A stretch of 64,000 bases of DNA, taken from the NCBI RefSeq assembly GCF_963676685.1, contig NC_092352.1:77314001-77378000 (forward strand). Reading direction: 5' to 3'. How positions within the stretch are numbered: position 1 is the stretch's first letter; each line of letters starts with the position of its first letter. Both the position numbers and the translations under genes were made by a program. Under the pieces are notes generated by a model. The model worked only from the letters and a program-made list of their open reading frames with translations, did not search any database and was not told where the DNA came from. The stretch comes from Mytilus edulis. Lineage: Eukaryota. This document shows positions 25,867 to 39,622 of this stretch, one piece after another.

Positions 25867-28509
25867 ACTTAAACTATTGTGATAACGTCTTTTCATAATT
25901 AAAGCCTATTCTTAATTAGAAGGTATTGTAAGTGAGTTTAAATAACCATGTGGTTGTGACAAACGATGAAATACAATAAATTCGATATCACAATTAAAAA
26001 GTTAAAACAAAACAAATATAGCACAACACGTCTGCCCTTAAAGATCTTCATTTATCAGGCATCTGAGTATTATCTGTTTTGACAAAATAAGACATATTCG
26101 ACCTTATTTCTCATTAAATTGAGAATGAATATGGGGAATGTGATAAAGCTGGGGAAAACAACCCGACAAAGAACATATATATAGTATATGTATAAAGCAT
26201 GTATCCGAAATTTTTAACTAGAAGCCTTATTCTAGCCACATCAAGATTTTCTAGCATATGAATTTGCGAATAAACATTTGTAAAATTACGTCACGAGTAA
26301 ATCAGATGAAATCATACTACATTAGTTTATAAAACAAAAATTGACAAATAGAATGTAGACATTTTCGTTTCAAACATTTGAAATAGGCAACAATGATCCG
26401 ATAATAAACGATCCAACTCGCTTTTTATAAACGAAATATCCACAATAACTTACAAAACAAGAAACAAAATCAGGAAGATTAGATAATAGGAACAACAACA
26501 AAAATACAGGGATTCGAACCTAAACCGACAAGTCCTTACACATTGATCTTAACCATGAAACCTCGCAGCTACCAACTCATACTGCACGATTGTCTATTAT
26601 GTATATATAAAGGTACAATCTCTGTGTGTCCGTTGTACCGATGTATATCATACATTCATTTATATATATATATATATTTGACATTTGAATCGTAACCCAT
26701 TGGTAGCCGAGAGTTTTCGTCGATATCTTGATGTCAGTAATACGTAACAGAATTCATGGACGGGTTCGATTCCCAGTGAAGGCATATTAGAAATTACCAA
26801 AATTAAAGGTAAGTTTTTAAAATAATTCTACTAGTGAACAGAAATCAGTAAATTGGCAAATTCAAACTAAATGAAATTAGGCACACAAAGAAAACAATTG
26901 AATATAATTTGGTGAGTCCATTTCAGCGACGGATTCAGAAAGTTTAGATTCTAAAAAAAGATTCCACGGTAAATGGATAGGCTGACGTCACCACAATGGT
27001 TAAATTAAATTACATGTTGGATTTGTTTTTTATATTGACCGTCAAAAACTTCAAAACTACCAATCACCAATTTACTTCCGATAATGCCAATCGCGAAAGA
27101 CACATTCGAAGTGGAATTCAAACTCATTAGTTGAAAATTAACCGATAACGCATTGCCACTTAAAAAACAATAAACAAACAACAGTACACAATGCACAATA
27201 TATAAAACTTAAAACTGAGCAACACCACTCCCACCAAAACCACATCTCATGTGCTTTGGAAGGCCGAAATTCTATTAATTGGACCACCTTTACCTAATTT
27301 TAAGGTAGTTATGTTGAACATCTGTTTCTTTGATTAAATTAAACAGGTCATCAAAAAGGAAGCTTTCCTTGTTACATATTTACCGTCATTTGCCATTCTC
27401 CTATTTGATTTCAACTTTCAACATTTGAAATAATATCCATAAAGAAAGGTATAACTGTTTTCCTTAATCTTTCTATGTAAACTTAATGTGCTCAAATGTC
27501 TATTCAACTTCTTTTCGATAACGAAGTTTTTCGCTTTTCCCATTTGAATGCTACTTTGCGACAATTTCACTTTTTTAAAAACTGTTATCATATATTGAAA
27601 GATAAATTATATTAAGCACATTCCCGAGGTTATTTATTTCATACAATTAAATAACTTGCAAAACCCAATAAAACAGCACCTCTAAAAAAAAAATGCTCAA
27701 TAGTATCCGGATGCCCCAGTCGCACTATCATTTACTATGTTCAGTGGACCGTGAAATTGGAGTAAGATTTCTGATTTGGCATTGTTATTTGAAAGATCAT
27801 AGTTAAGGGTACATGTGAACTTAGTTTCACGTTGATTAGACTTCAAATCAAAAGCAACCTCGACCAAACACTTTAAAGTGAAAAAAATCTTTTAATCTGG
27901 AGACATTTAATCTGAAAAAAACTTTTGGTCCATTGTTTTTCGGATTGTCTATCTGTTGCATAGTGAAAACGCTTTCACCCTTCATCGGATACTGTGATCT
28001 AACACCAAGGAATTAATTATTGCAACAACAGAAGACGTGCTTTACCGGAACAAAGCTAAAATGACCGTAAATTTCTTCTTGATTTATTTATGAAATCCTG
28101 TTAAAGAATAATGCATTTTATGACAGTAAACACAGCCATCAGTACTTATATCTTGTCTGCTTCATACAATGTTTTTCAGGTATATTATGTAAACTGTCAA
28201 ATATCTTTATTTACATGAAATACATTCTATTATTTAGACCATGAATTTCAGAGTATTTTATCTATTTATCGGCCATTAATCAACAAAAAACTAACTAAAA
28301 ATATTTAAAAAAAAATTGACATCTGAAAAACCTTCGCTGTTTTTATTTCAAATTTACTGTTGTTTCAAATTTAAAAAAAAAATACTTGTAACTAACTGAA
28401 ATTAAATTTTGATGTTTTAAAAGGAAGAATGGTTTATATTACAAATACATATACTCATTATAGATGCATACATAGTATATGTATACTTGGACCTCATACT
28501 CTTTTTCAG

Positions 28510-28575
28510 TGTCTCAAGGCCGATGATATAGCAGATGCTTTAGTATATGCACTAAGTGCTCCAGCACATGCCCAG
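28510..28575 (+). pseudogene. DHRS11: DHRS11-like short-chain dehydrogenase, penultimate exon (CLKADDIADALVYALSAPAHAQ)
   Basis: 66-nt phase-0 exon, tttttcAG...CAG|GTTAGT; resembles DHRS11 CLKPEDVAEAVIYVLSTPAHIQ. Confidence 0.8.
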
Positions 28576-30100
28576 GTTAGTAGTCTATGTCTTAAGTGCT
28601 CCATCCAATGCTAAGGTTAGTAGTCTATCCCTTAAGTGCTCCATCCAATGCTAAGGTTAGTAGTCTATGCCTTAAGTGCTCCATCACATACTCAGGCTAG
28701 TTGTATATGCCTTAAGTGCTCCATCACATGCTCTGGTTTGTAGTATATGCCTTAAGTGCTCCATCACATGCTCTGGTTTGTAGTATATGCCTTAATGCTC
28801 CATCACATGCTCAACCTTAGTAGTATAAACCTTAAGTGCTCCATCACATGCTTAGGTTAGTAGTCTATGCCTTTAGAGCTCCAGTTCATGGTCAGCTTAG
28901 TAGTCTATGCCTTTAGTGCGCCAGCACATGCTCAACTTAGTAGTCTATGCCTCAAATGCTCTATCTCATTCTCAGGTTAGTAGTATTATTATGTCTTAAG
29001 TGCTCCAACATAGGCCCAAGTTAGTAGTATATGCTTTAAGTGCTCCATGACATTCTCAGATTATTAGTCTATGCATTAAGTACTCCATTGAATGCTCAGC
29101 TTAGTAGTCTTTGTCTTAAGTGCTCCATCACATGCTTTGTTTTGTTGTATATACCTTAAGTGTTCATCACATGTTGAGGTTAGAAGTCTATGCCTTAAGT
29201 GTTCATTACATGATCAGGCTAGTTGTCTATGTCTTAAGTGCTCCATCAAAAGCTCAGGCTAGTTGTTTATGTCTTAACTGCTTCATCAAATGCCCAGCTT
29301 AGTAGACTATGCATAAAGTGCTTAATCACATACTCAGCTTAGTAGTCTATGCCTTAAACGTCCATGACATCCTCAGATTATTAGTCTATGCTTTAAATGT
29401 CATCTAATGCTCAGGCTAGTAGTGTTTGCCTTACGTGCTTCATCAAATGCTCACATTAGAAGTCTACGCTTTAAGTGCTCCATCACATGCTCAGGTTAGT
29501 AGTATATGCCTTAAGTTCTCCATGACTTCCTCAGATTATTAGTCTATGCATTAAAAGCCTATCACATGCTCAGGCTAGTTGTATATGTCTTAGACATGCT
29601 CATGTTAGTAGTATATGCCTTAAGTGCTCATCACATGCTCAGGCTAGTTGTTTATGTTTTAAGTGCTCCATGACATGCTCAGGTTAGTAGTATATGCCTT
29701 AAGTGCTCCATCACATGCTCTGGTTTGTAGTGTATGCCTTAAGTGATCCATCACATGCTCAGCTTTAGTGGTCTATGCCTTAAGTGCTCCATCACATTCT
29801 CAGGTTAGTAGTCTATGCCTTTAGTGCTCCAGCAAATACTCAGCTTAGTAGTCTATGCCTTAAGTGCCTCATCAGCTTAGTAGTCTATGCCTCAAGTGCT
29901 CTACCTTATGCTCATGTTAGTAGTCTATGCCTTAAGTGCTCCTGCACAGGCTCAAGTTAGTAGTATATGCCTTAAATGCTCAATGACTTCCTCAGATTAT
30001 TAGTCTATGTATTAAGTGCTCATCACATGCTCAGGCTAGTTGTCTATGTCTTAGACATGCTCATGTTAGTACTCTATGCTTAAAATGCTCCAGCACATGA
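28540..30100 (+). repeat. 40-bp tandem satellite (~39 units) derived from the exon end plus splice donor
   Basis: Unit gttagtagtctatgccttaagtgctccatcacatgctcag; aggttag at 28574, 28614 and 28654. Confidence 0.95.
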
Positions 30101-31419
30101 AGGTTTTTATTTATCCATTAAACCAGGTTCAACCCATCATTTTTTCTTAAAATTTCCTGTAACAAGTCAGACATATGACAGTTGTTATCGAAAAGGTCCT
30201 CTCTATGTCAGAGGTCTTTTTTCTTCACTTCAGAGTTCCTGTTGTTCGTTTGTTTTCCTTTTATAGTTATGTGTTTTTATCGGGTTTTTTATTTTGTTAA
30301 CCGGATTTGTTTACTCGCGATTGATTTATGACCTTAGAACACTGAACGATATAATTGTATTATCTGGGCAACTCTAGTTAACTGATGTTTAAATGTCATA
30401 AACAAATTCGGGAGAAGTAAATCAGGACATAGGAAAACGGATGGAATCACATGAAATCCAAATTGAGCGAGACCGGGTGCGCCATCAGCATAAGCGTCTC
30501 ATGCGCTTTAGGTAATATCAAATGGGGGATAACGGTGGCGTGTGATCTATGACAAAGTGTTTTGTAAATTTAGACACCTGGGTTAAAGATCAACCAATTT
30601 GTGATGGCAACCAAATAACGAGCGGATTTCAGTCGTTCTTCTATAAAAAATGTTTCTGGATTTGCTTCAAAGTTCGGCGCTTTCGTTTGACATTCGATTT
30701 TGCAATTATTTTTCAAAGTCAAATTCTCATCTTAACATGAATATTTATTGTTATTTCAGAGTTAGTACTCCGTGTATATCCATAGTTCACATAAGTTTTT
30801 CTATGTTTCTTTTTCTTGCTTTTGTAATATGTTTCCTTCCATAATAACATTTTATAATTATTAACTTTTGCGTTTATAACAATAATAACAACGTGTTCAT
30901 GGATATAACAGTTTTATGGGTAAATTTTGTTAATAATGCTCGATCAAATGAATCAACAACAAATTGAAGCTTTTAATGACCTTGACTGGCTATACAACCC
31001 TAGCACGGCCGGTATGAATGATAAATTTTACAAAGCTGTTTAGTAATAAGCAAACAGAGCTAGTAAATTATAACGATTCGTTACTTTTTCAAGTTCATTG
31101 TTAACTCTGTAAATGATTCCAGTCTCGCATCTTTTTAAGATCTTGCTATTCCCCTTGTTTTAGTTTGTGATATTGATGTGTATTCTCCGTAACTATTCAT
31201 TATATTTGAGTGTTTGTAAACTAATGTTCTATTGAATATAGATGCACAACTGAGCAGTTTGATACACATTGGTGTTTAAATTTACCATTTGTTTACGTTT
31301 ACCTGTTTGATGTTGATGTTGATGTTGAATGAGGTAAAACACGATGCACAATCGAAACTTAAAATCACGATGTTTATACATTTGGTAATTTGTATATAAT
31401 GTTATATGTTCTTGATTTT

Positions 31420-31461
31420 TTACACGACATTTTGTTACGTCCAACAGACCAAGTGAGCTAA
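31420..31461 (+). pseudogene. DHRS11: DHRS11-like terminal exon (xHDILLRPTDQVS*), acceptor AG missing
   Basis: CAC GAC ATT TTG TTA CGT CCA ACA GAC CAA GTG AGC TAA, preceded by a T-tract without AG. Confidence 0.75.
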
Positions 31462-31947
31462 TTTGTGTCTTCAACTTTTAAATTTATAATAATACAATTT
31501 CCACATTAATTGTTATTTTCATTATTTACCATGTGGAGTAGGATCTGCTTACCATTCCGGGGCACCTGAGATCACCCCTAGTTTTTGGTGGGGTTCGTGT
31601 TGTTTATTCTTTAGTTTTCTATGTTGTGTCATGTGTACTATTGTTGTTTGTTTGTCTTTTTCATTTTTAGCCATGGCGTTGTCAGTTTATTTTCGATATA
31701 TAAGTTTGACTGTCCCTTTGGTATCTTCTGTTCCTCTTTTCTTGCTCTTGCCATTTTTTTTTATATTATTTATATGCTAACATTTAAACAGCTTAGTACA
31801 TTGAACAAAATTAATTAGGTATTAACATTTATATTTAACAATCAAAGCAGTTATTGTTACATTTTTAAAGAAACAGAATGTTAGAACGTTGCTATTATTT
31901 TAACTGTAAACAAGCACATTTCATAAATTAACTGTTTTTATTAATTA

Positions 31948-33660
31948 AGATCTTTCCTCTCATTGAGGAAAGACCTTATTGTTTTTCTAATGTTTTTTAA
32001 AGGTCTTCCCCTACGTGAGGAAAGACCTTATTATTTTTCTAATGTATTCTTTTTTTTCTTTTTTGTTTACTTCCAGCATTTTTTTGGCACGCCCTCCTTC
32101 CGCTTCTTCTGGAGTTATCAATGCCAAACTTGAACCATCGATAAACCTTATCATGAATTGTTGAACTATTGTAGGATTGCATCATCCCCTTTAGAAGTTA
32201 TCTCCCTTTCATTAATTTTTTTTTAACATACCCCCCCCCCCTTTCCGTAGTTTTTTTTAAAGATATCATGACCTTTTTTGGCAATAGGTAAATTTCATCA
32301 TGATGTATTACCATATGAGAATGAATAGGATTTCATCGTCCCCTATGAGAGATATATCCCCTTGAAACAATTTTTTTCCTTCGCAGTTTTCTCAATAAAA
32401 ATAGAATCGATTTGAAAACAGCAACATGTACAGGAACAGATGGCAGTGTTAATGAACATATACAATCATTTTGTTATTAACCCTTATAAGGAGTGATTCC
32501 CTTTGAAAAAATGTACAAAATTTTAGAAAAATTGTATTTCGAGAACCGGAAGTCATAGAGACTTGGGACCTTCAACAATAATCTTTAATTCATGTAACCG
32601 AGTGCCAAAAAAGAAATTAAGCTGCAATTTCAAGCTTACATATTAGGAAAACGACAATTTCTACATTTTATATAATAAACCTAAAAATGTCCGACCGTCT
32701 GTTCAAAAGTTACAACAGGATGATTCTTAAAAGTAAAGTACTTTGTGTATATCTTTTTAAAGGTAACAGATATCAACCTACTATAAACTGCAGAGATAAT
32801 CAGTACTTCAAGACCTTCGATTTGAGATCCATGTCAGATCATGATGAAATTTCACCATTTATCATTTAACAGATTTGAGATATCTATTACCGTTTTAGAG
32901 ATAATGCAGTTTGAAATTTTTCAACCGATGGCATGTATTTCTGAATTAACAACAGCTTACCACCTGATATTTTATGAAATTGAAGAGGTTAACATAGTTA
33001 TATGTTTGACCAAATACAAAAACATTAAATGGAAAAAACATCAAAACAGCCATTTGAAATTTTCGTGTTTTGCATTGACTTCGTAAGTTTCATAACTTCT
33101 ATTTTTGGCACTTTGTCAAATGAGGTCATCTGATATATCGAATTGAAGGTCTTAATAAACTCTACTTAATGAGAATTTAAACCTCCTTTTCATCCCAGGG
33201 CGAAGGGTGGGGTCATTAAGTACAAAAATGCAAATTTCTCAGATGGTAGGGTTGTCGCATATCAAACGAAAGAACATAACGCATACATTTCAAATTTCAA
33301 ATTGACGTCCCCTAAAAATAAGTTGGATGGGGTAATTGAGTGCAAAAAAGAATTTTTTTACGATAGGGTTGTTGTATATCAAATGAAAGGTCAAGATGTG
33401 TACATTTGAAATTTCAAATTCCCGACCTCCAAATATGAGTTTGATAGGATTTTTTTTAAAGTGCAAAAATAAAACTTTCTAGAACATGGCGTTGTCGCAT
33501 ATCAAATGAAAGTTCATCTACTCTATGTTACATATATCATACTTCCGATCCCAAAACTGTAGGCGGATGAGGTCATTAAGTGTAAAAAGCGAAAAGTTTC
33601 AGAAGGTATGCTTGTCGTATATCAAACGAAAGGTCGTACAAAGTACATTACGAAAACATC
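31948..33660. mobile_element. Helentron/HINE-like non-autonomous element with internal ~120-bp repeats
   Basis: Terminal hairpins aggtcttcc...ggaaagacctt (twice); repeated gttgtcgcatatcaaaYgaaag units at ~33250-33630. Confidence 0.5.
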
Positions 33661-36127
33661 ACTTTATAAAACAAAATAACCGAACTCCAAATAAAATTCA
33701 AATCGTAAAGCCACTTATCAAGTGACAAAATCAAAAGCACAAATACATCAAAAATATTGAAAACACCTGTCATATTCCTGACCAGGTACAGACATTTTCT
33801 TGTGTAGAAAATGGTGGTTTAAACCTGGTTTTATAGCTAGCTAAATATCTAACGTGTATGGCAGTCACATACAACTATGTAAATATAACTTAATGACATA
33901 ACAATGCTTAAATTCTGAAATTCAAATTTTGCAAACAAGCCAAATATAACCGAGTTATGGTTACAAAGAAAATATTTTTTGTGGATTTTGTTATATGTGC
34001 AAAATTGATTTGATTAACCTATTTTCATTAGACGACAATAACCTTAGCAACAGAGTTCGGTCATTGTGGCCTCAGATGTCTAGATCATGTCGATGTTGAA
34101 AGAGATTTTAGCCGGAGATCTATATATTGGATTAATGTATTTTTTAAATATATTTGTTTTGAAAAATTTCTTGTTTACTCATAGATAAAAACTGTAATTG
34201 TTCTATTTCAAAGATGTTGATACAGAGGCAAATTAGAAATGCCGGGTAAAGTTGGTATATGTACAAATTATCAGGTTGTCTGCATATTGATATTGTAAAA
34301 TATCAGTTTCGAGTCGCATTATGAAGCTTTTTGTCGAGTGAGCGCACCGAACGAGTTCAAAAATCCTTCATTATGTGTCGAGCAGTTGACAGTTTACATT
34401 ATCTTACTTCCTATACTTTTCTAGGAATATGATAGGTGAAAAGGGTCCGCGTGGAGACCGTGTATGTTCCATATTAGGTGTGGAGGGAGACTTATTTCAA
34501 TACCGGTTACGACTTTGGCCCAATTTGATTATTTAAATGTATTGAAAGTTCTGCTGACTATTGTTATATCTAAGTTGTTGATATTCAATTGTTGACATTA
34601 CGTTTTTGTGCAGACCAATGGAAGTAGGTTCTTACAATGTAACACTTGAACACTTTAATATCAAGATAAGAAGATTTGTATGATTGAAAATGAGACAACT
34701 CTTGTCTAAATTTAACAAATAAAAATAGTCGGCAAGATAAATTCGTTACATAGTGTATGTGCTAGTGACAAAATACGATATATATATATACGCTTTGCTC
34801 TCATCCTATATTGAATTCACTGACCCCGTATATATGTCGTATTAGGTAACTAACGCACTATGTGACTGCTAATATCATTATGCAGATAACCTGATAATCG
34901 TTTTATCGGGCTGTATTTGCGTCTTTTTGAAGTGTTTTCATTGTTTCGTCAGCAAACCAGAAGATGACTTGATTCGAGTCAATCTTATCAACGTCAGTTT
35001 AAACATTGTGACGTCGCTGATACGTACGGCTCAAAGTTAATGAGGCCGGGTCAATGTATTTGACGTCGCAAAGCCGTGATATGCAATTTTATTACAAGAG
35101 CTGAGCTGAGTGATATAGACAGTTGGACGACCGATAAAAAACTAATGGTATCAAATACATCATGGTTTTTTTTGTCAACACTGCAAGAATGCAATTTTTG
35201 TTTGTAGAATATATCTAATATCTAATATTCATCTGATATCTGATATACATTTAATAACTAAAACCATCTGGTATCTAATTAATATCTGATATCCAATAAA
35301 CATCTTTTTATACTAAGTATCTTAAGGATGTCAATAAGTAAAGTGAACGGACAAGAAGTGGCCTTATCGACCATCCCCTCCATGAACAGGTTTGAATTCA
35401 CGCTACACTCACTCAAAATGTTAATAAGAATTAATGCATTTTCATTAAGATATTTCGAGTAACTTTTATAAATAAACCTTGCAGTTATTTTCCAGAAAAA
35501 AACCGAACTGAAAGTTCTGAACCTTAGATTATGAATGTCTTTATGTTTTTTAGTTTAAGAAGTAAACTTTAATTATAAATTTTACTTTGTCTTTGGTTTT
35601 TTTCACAATTTTTTATGACTACCCGTATTTTTGTTTGTATTTGTTTTATTGTACATTGTATTTTCTACCCATACGCTAATTAAATGCTTACACGCATTTC
35701 AAAATTTTATGCCGACGTAATAGTTTTTACGTATCAAACACTATAAAAGTGTTATCATCACTGCCTGATCGATATCCTTGCTATTGTAAATACGTTAATG
35801 TCCGTTTCTTCTACTTGTCTTTTTCATTACCTTTTTTTACCTTTGGATTAATATGGTTATGGCTTCATCAAAGACATTGAATTCTAAAAAAAATGGAACG
35901 TGTGATTTCTTTATTCTAAATTAAAGACAACAATAAATATCATACTAACCTACTAATAATCTAAACATACTGAGTCTATCTAGAGTTTTAAGCCAGGTAT
36001 ACCTGCAAATACTGTTTGAATATATTTGAATTATTGAAAGACAACACGTATACATCTTTACATAGTTGATGAAACATTGTGAAACGTTCAACATTTGTTT
36101 CACTGATATAAAGTTAACCTGGACATT

Positions 36128-36275
36128 TTACGATAGGGCTGTCGAGTTAGTCGCATCCGAAATAGAAATACTCTTCAGGCGTTTACACAGAATATGTTGA
36201 CGGTACTTCTTAATCCGTAAGACGTAGATAATGGGATCTACTACAGGATTTAACAACAGAAACAAGTTGTCAATG
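36128..36275 (-). pseudogene. GPCR TM7-helix 8 tail duplicate
   Basis: DNLFLLLNPVVDPIIYVLRIKKYRQHILCKRLK..NSTALS*. Confidence 0.8.
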
Positions 36276-36366
36276 AGAGAGTAATGAAAACTATTTTCTT
36301 GTAACAACATAGTTGATCAATAATTAACGTTTTACAATTGGTTGACATATAGTAAATCTGGACATT

Positions 36367-37290
36367 TTAATGTACGGCTGTCGAATTAGTCGCGTCCGTA
36401 ACAGAATTGTTTTTCAGACATTTACACAGAAGATATTGACGGTACTTCTTAATCCGTAAGACGTAGATTACGGGATCTACTACAGGATTTAACAACAGAA
36501 AAAAGTTGTTGAATATCAATGCGAGAGTACCTGTTATAGCAGATGTGGTCCCCACGTACACAGAGAACACAAGCATAGTTCGTGGTAGAACTGACACTAA
36601 AGATACAGCAATTATCAAACCCAGTGTGACTGCATTTCTACGTGTTCTGATATCCTTAGCCTTCTTCTTGGCGACCTGGCTCTCAGTCATACTACTTGAT
36701 TGAAGAACATTTTGCGAACGAATCATCCTGTATATTACAAAACCGTAACAAGAAATTATTGCTACAACAATACATAAGCAAGGAATGTCATGTGAAAAAA
36801 ACCCCAGTGTAGTAGTAGTGTTTTTAGGGTCACATGGTACTGGTCCATCGATTGTTGCCATACCAAATCTCAAGAAAGCAATACAGTGACAAAGTATGAA
36901 ATATAGTAAAACTCCTTTATTGGTGCATACTAAGACCAATAGTCCTTTCTGTGTTGTAAATGTAGCATTTAGTCGGTCGATGCATATCAATAAAGTATGT
37001 ATAAGAGATGACATTACTGTTCCACCAATCAGATGTTGAATCATCAAACACTGGTATTGGAATGTAACACCTTGAGAGTTCACAAAAACTAAAATACTGT
37101 GATAAATGTACTCCAGACCCAATACGCTGTCACTGAGACTAAGGTACATTGACAATACTAAGAAACGGCTTTTTTTTAATTCTTTTGAAGTAGTCGATAC
37201 GTATATGGAACAACCATGCAACAATAACATTCCAGTAACAATTAAAAAATTTACTATCTTTATACTTTGCCACATGTTTAGTTTTTTCAT
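36367..37290 (-). CDS. Intronless class A orphan GPCR (~307 aa)
   Basis: First ATG at 37290 (the ORF track starts at a TTG); LSLSD, ICIDRL, NPVVDPVIY. Confidence 0.92.
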   Translation of the reverse strand: MKKLNMWQSIKIVNFLIVTGMLLLHGCSIYVSTTSKELKKSRFLVLSMYLSLSDSVLGLEYIYHSILVFVNSQGVTFQYQCLMIQHLIGGTVMSSLIHTLLICIDRLNATFTTQKGLLVLVCTNKGVLLYFILCHCIAFLRFGMATIDGPVPCDPKNTTTTLGFFSHDIPCLCIVVAIISCYGFVIYRMIRSQNVLQSSSMTESQVAKKKAKDIRTRRNAVTLGLIIAVSLVSVLPRTMLVFSVYVGTTSAITGTLALIFNNFFLLLNPVVDPVIYVLRIKKYRQYLLCKCLKNNSVTDATNSTAVH

Positions 37291-37834
37291 GTACAACTAT
37301 TGTATCTAATAAATATATGAAAAGGTTCACGCAATTAATATCAGCTATTATATACCTTAACTCCTCATGAATATTAATTAAACAAGTTGTTTTATAGACT
37401 ACATATATAGCTACATGAGTTATAATGTATTCTTTATTCTGAGTGGGTCTTTGGATGACCTTAATCTAATCACATCTTATTTTAACATTTAATGAGAAAC
37501 ATTAAGCTAAGGTAAACGAACTGTTATAACCACGCAAATACGAAAGCAAACAGTCCAATATTGTCTCAATATTGGTAAATGAACTGTTATAAACACAAAA
37601 GAGGCGCAAAAAATAACAGATGGACTATAAATCTCATAGATCTACTAAAAAATACCCAAAAGATGTAGATTGTTCGACTCCTTGTTGATGTGTAGATTGA
37701 CTAAGCTGAATTAGGCATACCTTTTCGGATTTTGAGCTATAAATGCTCGTTTTCTTAGTAGTATTAAAAAGATTCGACTTAAATACCACTGATGAATCAA
37801 TTATGGACTAAACGTGCTGAATAAATAGCTTTTG

Positions 37835-38134
37835 AGATCTCATAAACATGTTTAACCCCGCCGCAATTTTGCGCCTGTCCCAAGTCAGGAGCCTCTGGCC
37901 TTTGTTAGTCTTGTATGATTTTAAATTTTAGTTTCTTGTGTATAATTCGGAGTTTAGTATGACGTCCATTATCACTGTACTATTATGCATATTTTAGGGG
38001 CCAGCTGAAGGACACCTACGGGTGCGGGAATTCTCGCTACATTGAAGACCCATTGGTTGCCTTCGGCTGTTGTTTGCTCTATGGTCGGGTGGTTGTCGCT
38101 TTGACATATTCACCATTTCCTTTCTCAATTTTAT
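37835..38134 (+). mobile_element. Penelope-like family 1, 300-bp 3'-end insertion
   Basis: Near-identical reverse complement of 16126-16425; tttg duplicated at the ends; empty site at ~13761. Confidence 0.88.
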
Positions 38135-39013
38135 TTGTTGTTTGTCCAAGTGGAATTTAAATATTCTTACAACAGGTGTCCACTGTAAATCAAGTAATGT
38201 TGCAAACAGTTAATTTTCGTGTTATTTTCGTGTTTTACAACAATGCAAAATTATGAACCGTCTAACATATGTCTAATATGGTGTTTGTCTTAAATGAAAA
38301 TGCGTTTTAACAAAAATCGATACAATATATCATAAAGCGGGGATAAACCGGAAATATGTCGTCGACAAAATAAATTGGTTTTCAGTACTTCTGATTTAAT
38401 AAGCTGTTGTGCTGAAACATGGATCATAGACACTGTTAAATTGTACCAGGGAAATTACATTATGGCAAATGAAAATTCTTATTGGTGAATAAATGCTGCA
38501 AAAATGGTAAAGGTTCGGCTTAGTTCTTTTTGGTTTTTTTCTGGAGCTTCTCCTATTTATTTTCATTAAACAGTCAAGTATCGGTTTAACCTTTAATTCT
38601 CTACACGTTTTGATGTTTACAGAAAATCAATAACCAACTAAAGAAAAAATCAAAAAGGTAGCGCTTGGAGAGATATAATCTATTTATAGATATTCTGTTT
38701 TGCTTATGAACTGGTTCCAACATAGAATCTCAATATTTTGATCTCATAATTTAGGAATGGTACCAAGATAAATTAACATAAATTGCGACCGCCTTGAAGT
38801 CTAAGGAAGATCCAAAGTGACGGAAGAGGTAGTACAGAATTTATGTATAAGGTTAACTCTTACAAGTTCGGGGTTGACAATATGATCGACGCATAGTCCT
38901 ATATGTTGACCTTTGAACAAAAAAGTTAATTATATGAGCTTTCCATTCTAGGATATTATCTTTAGCGAAACTTCATAGTAAAAGAGGTACAGTTTAGTAT
39001 AGTTTACCTTAAT

Positions 39014-39420
39014 TCAAAAGTTGTGTAAAAAGTTAGTTTACAAATATGACCATATAAATGATAACTCATGTTAGCACAGAGGTGCTGACTACTAGGCAGA
39101 TGATAGCCTCGGGGAATTTAAACTCCTCCAGCAGTGGCATCGACGCAGTGGTTGTAATAAATGCATCATAGATACCAGGATAAAATTGTGTATGTACGCC
39201 AGACGCGCGTTTCGTCTACAATAGAATCATCACTGACGCTCGAATTCAAAAAAGTTAAAAAGGCCAAATAAAGTACGAAGTTGAAGAGGATTGAGGACCA
39301 AAATTCCTAAATTTTTTACCAAATACAGCTAAAGTAATCTATTTCTGAGGTAGAAAACCCTTAGTATTTCAAAAATTCTAAAGTTTTGGAAACAGTTAAT
39401 TTATAAATATGACCATATCA
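39014..39420 (-). mobile_element. Retrozyme-like monomer (363-nt period) with degenerate hammerhead at 39196-39239
   Basis: atgaccatat repeated at 39046 and 39409; hammerhead core mutated to GUGAUGA; absent at the paralog ~14900. Confidence 0.75.
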
Positions 39421-39622
39421 AGCAGTGCTTATATCTACTCTCCACAGTCATTGAAACTCATAGATTCTTGTTGAAAATTGTTGTTGTAATGTTTTCGTCC
39501 ACACAAAAGTAACTCGTAACACTTGAATATGGTTTCCTGTGACTGCGCCATACGAAATAAGCTTGGAATACAAAAATACCTCATTAAAGCTAACAAAAGT
39601 GTGTTCTATCCTAAATAATATT

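Noticed and set aside
26690-26790. tRNA gene (GGTTCGATTCC B-box)
   Set aside because: No cloverleaf; at most a decayed tRNA-derived SINE head
28540-30100. Regular ~40-bp array as a CRISPR array
   Set aside because: No unique spacers; whole units are degenerate copies; eukaryotic context with no cas genes
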